Positions 58,088 to 62,009 of a DNA stretch of 62,009 nucleotides are shown here, in pieces. The DNA is taken from positions 1 through 62,009 of the forward strand of contig JALNJZ010000007.1 in NCBI GenBank assembly GCA_023261845.1, in the 5' to 3' direction. The notes under the pieces are model-generated. The model was not told where the DNA came from and made no database searches. It saw only the letters and a list, made by a program, of their open reading frames with translations. Both the position numbers and the translations under genes were made by a program. The stretch is from Candidatus Terraquivivens tengchongensis (GTDB lineage: Archaea; Thermoproteota; Nitrososphaeria_A; Caldarchaeales; Wolframiiraptoraceae). The stretch's first letter is position 1. Each line of letters starts with the position of its first letter.

Positions 58088-59632
58088 CTAAGCTGCGCTG
58101 CCCTTCACCATCATCATACCAACTTCTTCTATAGTTTTTTCCGTTGGTAAGAACTCGCCCGCTATCCTTCCCCTGGACATGACGACTACCCTGTCGCTCA
58201 GCATCATTATCTCCTCTAGGTCCTCGGATAGGAAGATTATGGCCGAGCCTAACGACCTATACTTTAACAGCAGGCTTTGAACAAACCCTGTTGCCGCAAC
58301 GTCAAGGCCCTTAGTTGGATAGGCTGCAAGTATGAGCTTAGGCACTTTACCATCCCGAGTTGTCGATAGTTCTCTGGCTAGTACGACCTTCTGCAAGTTT
58401 CCACCAGAAAGTGCGCTGGCCAGAATCGAGGGGCTGTGTGCCGCTATATCGTATTCCTCTACGAGCTTCTTCGAAAACTCGAAAAGTTTTCGCCAATTGA
58501 TCGTGAACGTGCTCGAAAAATCCTTGCTTCTGTACAACTTTAGCGCAACATTTTCCACGAGCCTCATCTCGCGAACGAGAGCCCATCTGGTGCTTTCGGG
58601 CGGTATGTATACAACGCCTTTCTCTATCAGGTACTTTACACCTTTATTCGTCACATCCTCACCATCTATAAACACCCTACCACCATGAGCCTTTCTCATA
58701 CCCGCAAGAACCTCTACCAACTCCTCTTGACCGTTTCCAGCTACCCCTGCTATACCCAAAATCTCGCCGGAATGGACGCGAAGATTAACATCATCTAGAG
58801 CTAGAACGCCCCTATCACCCATGGCCTTAAGACCGATCGCTTCCAATACCACGTTTCCTTTTTTTACCTCAGACTTCTCAAGCTTAAACAGCACCGGCCT
58901 ACCTATCATCAGGTTTGCAAGCTCTTCCGCAGTTACCTCGTTTGTAGGTTTTGTTGCGACAACCTTTCCTTTCCTCATGACCGTGACCCTATCGCCTACC
59001 TCGAACACCTCCTCAAGTTTGTGGGTGATGAGGATTATGCCCTTACCCTTTTCCGCCATAATTCTAAGGGCTTTAAAGAGGTTCTTAGTCTCCTGGGGTG
59101 TAAGGACAGAAGTTGGCTCATCTAATATCAAGATGTCGACGTTCCTTATTAAGAGCTTCAAAAGCTCAACTTGTTGCTTCTCACCAACCGAAAGTTGCCA
59201 GACCTTTGCATTTGGGTCGATATTCCAACCATATTCTTCACAAACCTTCTTCACGGTTTCCGCAAGCTTTTTCTTGTTGAGAATAAAACCAGCCTCTTTG
59301 AGGCCGAGCACGACATTTTCCCAAACCGTGTGGACTGGTATAAGCCTGAAGCTCTGATGCACCATGCCTATCCCTAGCTTTATCGAGTCTGCTGGTGACC
59401 TAATCTTCACCTTCTTTCCCTTTACGTATATTTCTCCCTCATCTGGATGGTAAAGTCCGTACAGTATGTTCATCAACGTCGTTTTTCCAGCAGCATTTTC
59501 GCCCAAGAGAGCATGAACCTCGCCGGGCATGAGTGAAAAGTCTACATGGTCGTTGGCTACGACATTAGGAAACTTCTTCACTATACCCCTTAGCTCAACT
59601 AAGGGCGTAACAGACAAACCGTAACCCTCCAA
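58088..59632 (-). CDS. ABC transporter ATP-binding protein, fused double domain (CUT2 type)
   Basis: GENAAGKTT, LSVGEKQ, LDEPT and LSGGNLQK. Confidence 0.92.
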   Translation of the reverse strand: MEGYGLSVTPLVELRGIVKKFPNVVANDHVDFSLMPGEVHALLGENAAGKTTLMNILYGLYHPDEGEIYVKGKKVKIRSPADSIKLGIGMVHQSFRLIPVHTVWENVVLGLKEAGFILNKKKLAETVKKVCEEYGWNIDPNAKVWQLSVGEKQQVELLKLLIRNVDILILDEPTSVLTPQETKNLFKALRIMAEKGKGIILITHKLEEVFEVGDRVTVMRKGKVVATKPTNEVTAEELANLMIGRPVLFKLEKSEVKKGNVVLEAIGLKAMGDRGVLALDDVNLRVHSGEILGIAGVAGNGQEELVEVLAGMRKAHGGRVFIDGEDVTNKGVKYLIEKGVVYIPPESTRWALVREMRLVENVALKLYRSKDFSSTFTINWRKLFEFSKKLVEEYDIAAHSPSILASALSGGNLQKVVLARELSTTRDGKVPKLILAAYPTKGLDVAATGFVQSLLLKYRSLGSAIIFLSEDLEEIMMLSDRVVVMSRGRIAGEFLPTEKTIEEVGMMMVKGSAA

Positions 59633-59659
59633 CTAAAAAATAAGAGAGGTTTAAAATCA

Positions 59660-60997
59660 TCACTTAGGTAGCGGCTCTTCTATGTACTCTACCAACCAGT
59701 CCATCGACCACAACGCGTTGCGGTCAGCCCTTTCGCCAGGACCTATTCTGACGTTTCCATTCTGGTCCCTAATCGGCTCCTTCCCCTCGGGGTCGTGTCC
59801 CTCAACAGTAAATGGCTCGAAGAGGAGCTCCTTCATCTCCTCATACCTTTGTTTGATTAAGCTGACGTACTCTTCAGGAATTGCTGGATTTATCGGTGCC
59901 AAGTAAACCGTCCCCTCTTCCTTTCCCGCAGTGCTCTTCTCGATAGGCTGCCTCCATCTCCAAGGCATGTAGTCTCCGACCCTTGCCCATATGTCCACAG
60001 ATCGCCACGTCTTGGTCGCAACCATCCTGTAAAAATCTAGGTATATTGGTCCCCAGTTGGCTACTGGTCCTGTTAGGTGAGCTGTAGGACCATACTCCCT
60101 CATATCGCTGTAGTGGCTGAAGCTCCATACCTTCTTGCCCTTCTTCTGGTATTCTTCAGCAACCATCAGCACCGCTGGCGTATCCTCTGTGTAGTTAAGC
60201 ACGTCACAATTCTTGTCGTCGATTAGAGCAGAGGCCGCGAGCCTTGCTCGCTCCGGTGCAACCCACTCAAAGAGCCACGTTACATGCGCTTTGATGTTCT
60301 TTCCAGTTCTCTTCTTGTAAGCGTACTGAGCGCCGAGTACGTATGCGTTTATATGCCTGACGACCTCCGGTATCGGATATGCACCAACGTATCCTATGAC
60401 CCCGGTTTGCGTTAGCGCACCCGCAGCGAGACCGCATAAGTAGTATAGCTGGTAGAACTCCGCGAACGCAGAACTCATGTTTTGTGGCGCGTTCCCTGCT
60501 GCACCGCTTCTATAGCCCGATATGTGGACGAAGTATTTGTCAGGGTACTTGCTGGCAGCCTCAGCCGTTCCATCCATGAAACCAAAGCTAGTCGTTATTA
60601 TCAGCTCACAATCTTTCGCAACTAGGTTTTCGATGGCCGATGTGACTTCAGGCTCCGGAACGCTCTCAATATAGTAGCTTTCGACGTTCCTGAACCTCTC
60701 GTCAGCCCATTTTCTGCCCCTATCGTGTCCGTAACTCCAACCGCAATCGCCGACTGGACCGACGTACACATACCCTACCTTAATCGGCATCTGCTTCAGT
60801 GGCGGCGTATACGTGACAGTTTTTGTAACTTCCTTGACCTCCGGCATCTTGGCGAGGTAACCTGCCGCACCGCCTACGATACCTGCAGCGATTATGCCGC
60901 CGATTGCCGCGGCCTTCGTGACGCCAAGAAATTCCCTTCTGGAAAACTTTCTTCCGCTTAGGGCGCTTTTATCCATGTCCGATGCATGTTTGAACAT
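59660..60997 (-). CDS. BMP-family substrate-binding protein with a twin-arginine-like signal
   Basis: SRREFL, GPVGDCGW, TSFGF and PIPEVVRHINAY. Confidence 0.88.
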   Translation of the reverse strand: MFKHASDMDKSALSGRKFSRREFLGVTKAAAIGGIIAAGIVGGAAGYLAKMPEVKEVTKTVTYTPPLKQMPIKVGYVYVGPVGDCGWSYGHDRGRKWADERFRNVESYYIESVPEPEVTSAIENLVAKDCELIITTSFGFMDGTAEAASKYPDKYFVHISGYRSGAAGNAPQNMSSAFAEFYQLYYLCGLAAGALTQTGVIGYVGAYPIPEVVRHINAYVLGAQYAYKKRTGKNIKAHVTWLFEWVAPERARLAASALIDDKNCDVLNYTEDTPAVLMVAEEYQKKGKKVWSFSHYSDMREYGPTAHLTGPVANWGPIYLDFYRMVATKTWRSVDIWARVGDYMPWRWRQPIEKSTAGKEEGTVYLAPINPAIPEEYVSLIKQRYEEMKELLFEPFTVEGHDPEGKEPIRDQNGNVRIGPGERADRNALWSMDWLVEYIEEPLPK

Positions 60998-61195
60998 CTA
61001 TTTAAGAATGTTTTTACACAAACGTGTCAAAATGATCTTTTTGGAACACCGCTCGCGTATGGTAAAAAGCTCACATATCAAACGGCGGCAGGCCCGAGGG
61101 CCGTATGATGCATGACCGCTGCGAGCCTCGAGACAATCGAGGCCATTTCACAGTAAAATATTAAGACAAACACGGTATTCGCTTGGTGAGGTTAC

Positions 61196-61495
61196 ACGGC
61201 GAAGATCAAGCTCATCATGACGAGTACGCTGGCAATGTACCTCAAAAGCGATCAGGAGCTTCACTTGGAGGTCTCGAGCATACGGGACCTGCTCAACCAG
61301 CTCTCCGAAAAGTTCGGCGATGCTTTCAGGCAGAGGGTTTTGGACGAGAGAGGGAACCTGAGAAGCTTCGTGGTCCTGTACGTCAACGGAAAGAACATAC
61401 AGCTCACAGAGGGGCTCGATACGAGGCTTGAAGACGGTGATGAGGTGATGATGCTTCCGGCGATAGGCGGAGGTACTATCCTGCACACGCTCTAG
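61196..61495 (+). CDS. MoaD/ThiS/SAMP ubiquitin-like protein (apparent ACG start at 61196; first ATG at 61217)
   Basis: VNGKNI...GLDTRLEDGDEVMMLPAIGGG beta-grasp signature. Confidence 0.75.
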   Translation, partial: TAKIKLIMTSTLAMYLKSDQELHLEVSSIRDLLNQLSEKFGDAFRQRVLDERGNLRSFVVLYVNGKNIQLTEGLDTRLEDGDEVMMLPAIGGGTILHTL

Positions 61496-61850
61496 AAACT
61501 TACAATTCGACGTAGCGTTTCTCCACTTCTATCTTTTTTTATGTCCTGAGCGACCTCCAAAGTTCCTAGATATTTACCTTCTTTGTCCCTTACTTCGATG
61601 TATATTATGTACATCAGACGTCCGTCGATGTTCATCCAGAAATCGACCACATCTTTCTCGCCCTTTTTGAAAGCCTCCAGAATCTTGTTCATCATGCCGA
61701 TGCTCTTTTCTGAATGACATGACTGAACTTTTCTGCCCAGCATGTCCTTGGCTCTCTTGATGGTCCGCTTTTCAGCTCTGTTGAAGTACTTGTAGGTGTT
61801 CATCCTTGTCCACCGGAAGCGTGTCCAAAATAGCCTCAACCTCTTTCTCG
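61492..61850 (-). pseudogene. Decayed PAS-domain (PAS_10/DUF438-type) gene remnant
   Basis: YFN...LGRKVQSCH...DFW...VRDKEGKYLGTLEVAQDI in one frame; the upstream EAILDTLPVD segment is in another frame. Confidence 0.7.
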
Positions 61851-61974
61851 ATTCTAGTCGGCGATGGGCTTTCTTATTGGCTCGACCCCTTACCGAAAAG
61901 CTTATATTCTTTCGCTGGAGTTTATAAAGTACCCAGCAAAAGGGGCACCAGCGAGAGGTTGGGAGAATAAAGTG

Positions 61975-62006
61975 GCCTAATTCCCGGAAAAACCGGGGAA
62001 TTAGGC
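61975..62006. repeat. Strong hairpin / inverted repeat at the window end
   Basis: GCCTAATTCCCGG-AAAAA-CCGGGGAATTAGGC, with one bulged G. Confidence 0.8.
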
Positions 62007-62009
62007 TCG

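Noticed and set aside
870-60961. Many long antisense or alternate-frame ORFs (e.g. 870-1562, 14425-15093, 26348-26908, 35062-35547, 47565-48203, 56542-57111)
   Set aside because: They lie over well-supported genes, have Ser/Thr/Pro-rich shadow composition and show no motifs
61082-61144. Hammerhead ribozyme or fluoride/Moco riboswitch assignment
   Set aside because: Core consensus elements such as CUGANGA plus GAAA were not found; kept only as an unassigned structure
1-62009. Transposases, toxin-antitoxin pairs, defence systems, rRNA, RNase P or SRP RNA
   Set aside because: None recognised by eye. The nucleotidyltransferase at 31719 has no HEPN partner that I can identify

Overview
Archaeal chromosomal window, most likely from a TACK-group thermophile. 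A crenactin plus arcadin-2 pair, C/D box sRNAs, a BHB tRNA intron, Alba and eL31/eL39/eS19 point to Aigarchaeota/Caldarchaeales or a relative (inference). Most of it is housekeeping: tRNA/rRNA modification, ribosomal proteins, DNA ligase, a pyrD/pyrBIC cluster and methanopterin-type pterin genes. Accessory content includes a redox/catabolic cluster at 1-7.5 kb, a group 3b NiFe hydrogenase operon between two tRNA-Gly genes, and a BMP-type nucleoside ABC transporter. Features missing from the ORF track are eL39, two tRNA-Gly genes (one with a 17-nt intron at position 29/30) and three C/D box sRNAs, one of which appears to guide Um34 on tRNA-Leu(UAA). Also seen are several strong palindromes or RNA structures, two frameshifted genes (one at a canonical slippery heptamer), and a ubiquitin-like MoaD/SAMP gene with an apparent ACG start and a tail after GG. 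The best candidate for an undescribed system is the actin locus: arcadin-2, crenactin and two paralogous uncharacterised winged-helix-like genes. All calls come from motif recognition by eye; no searches were run.
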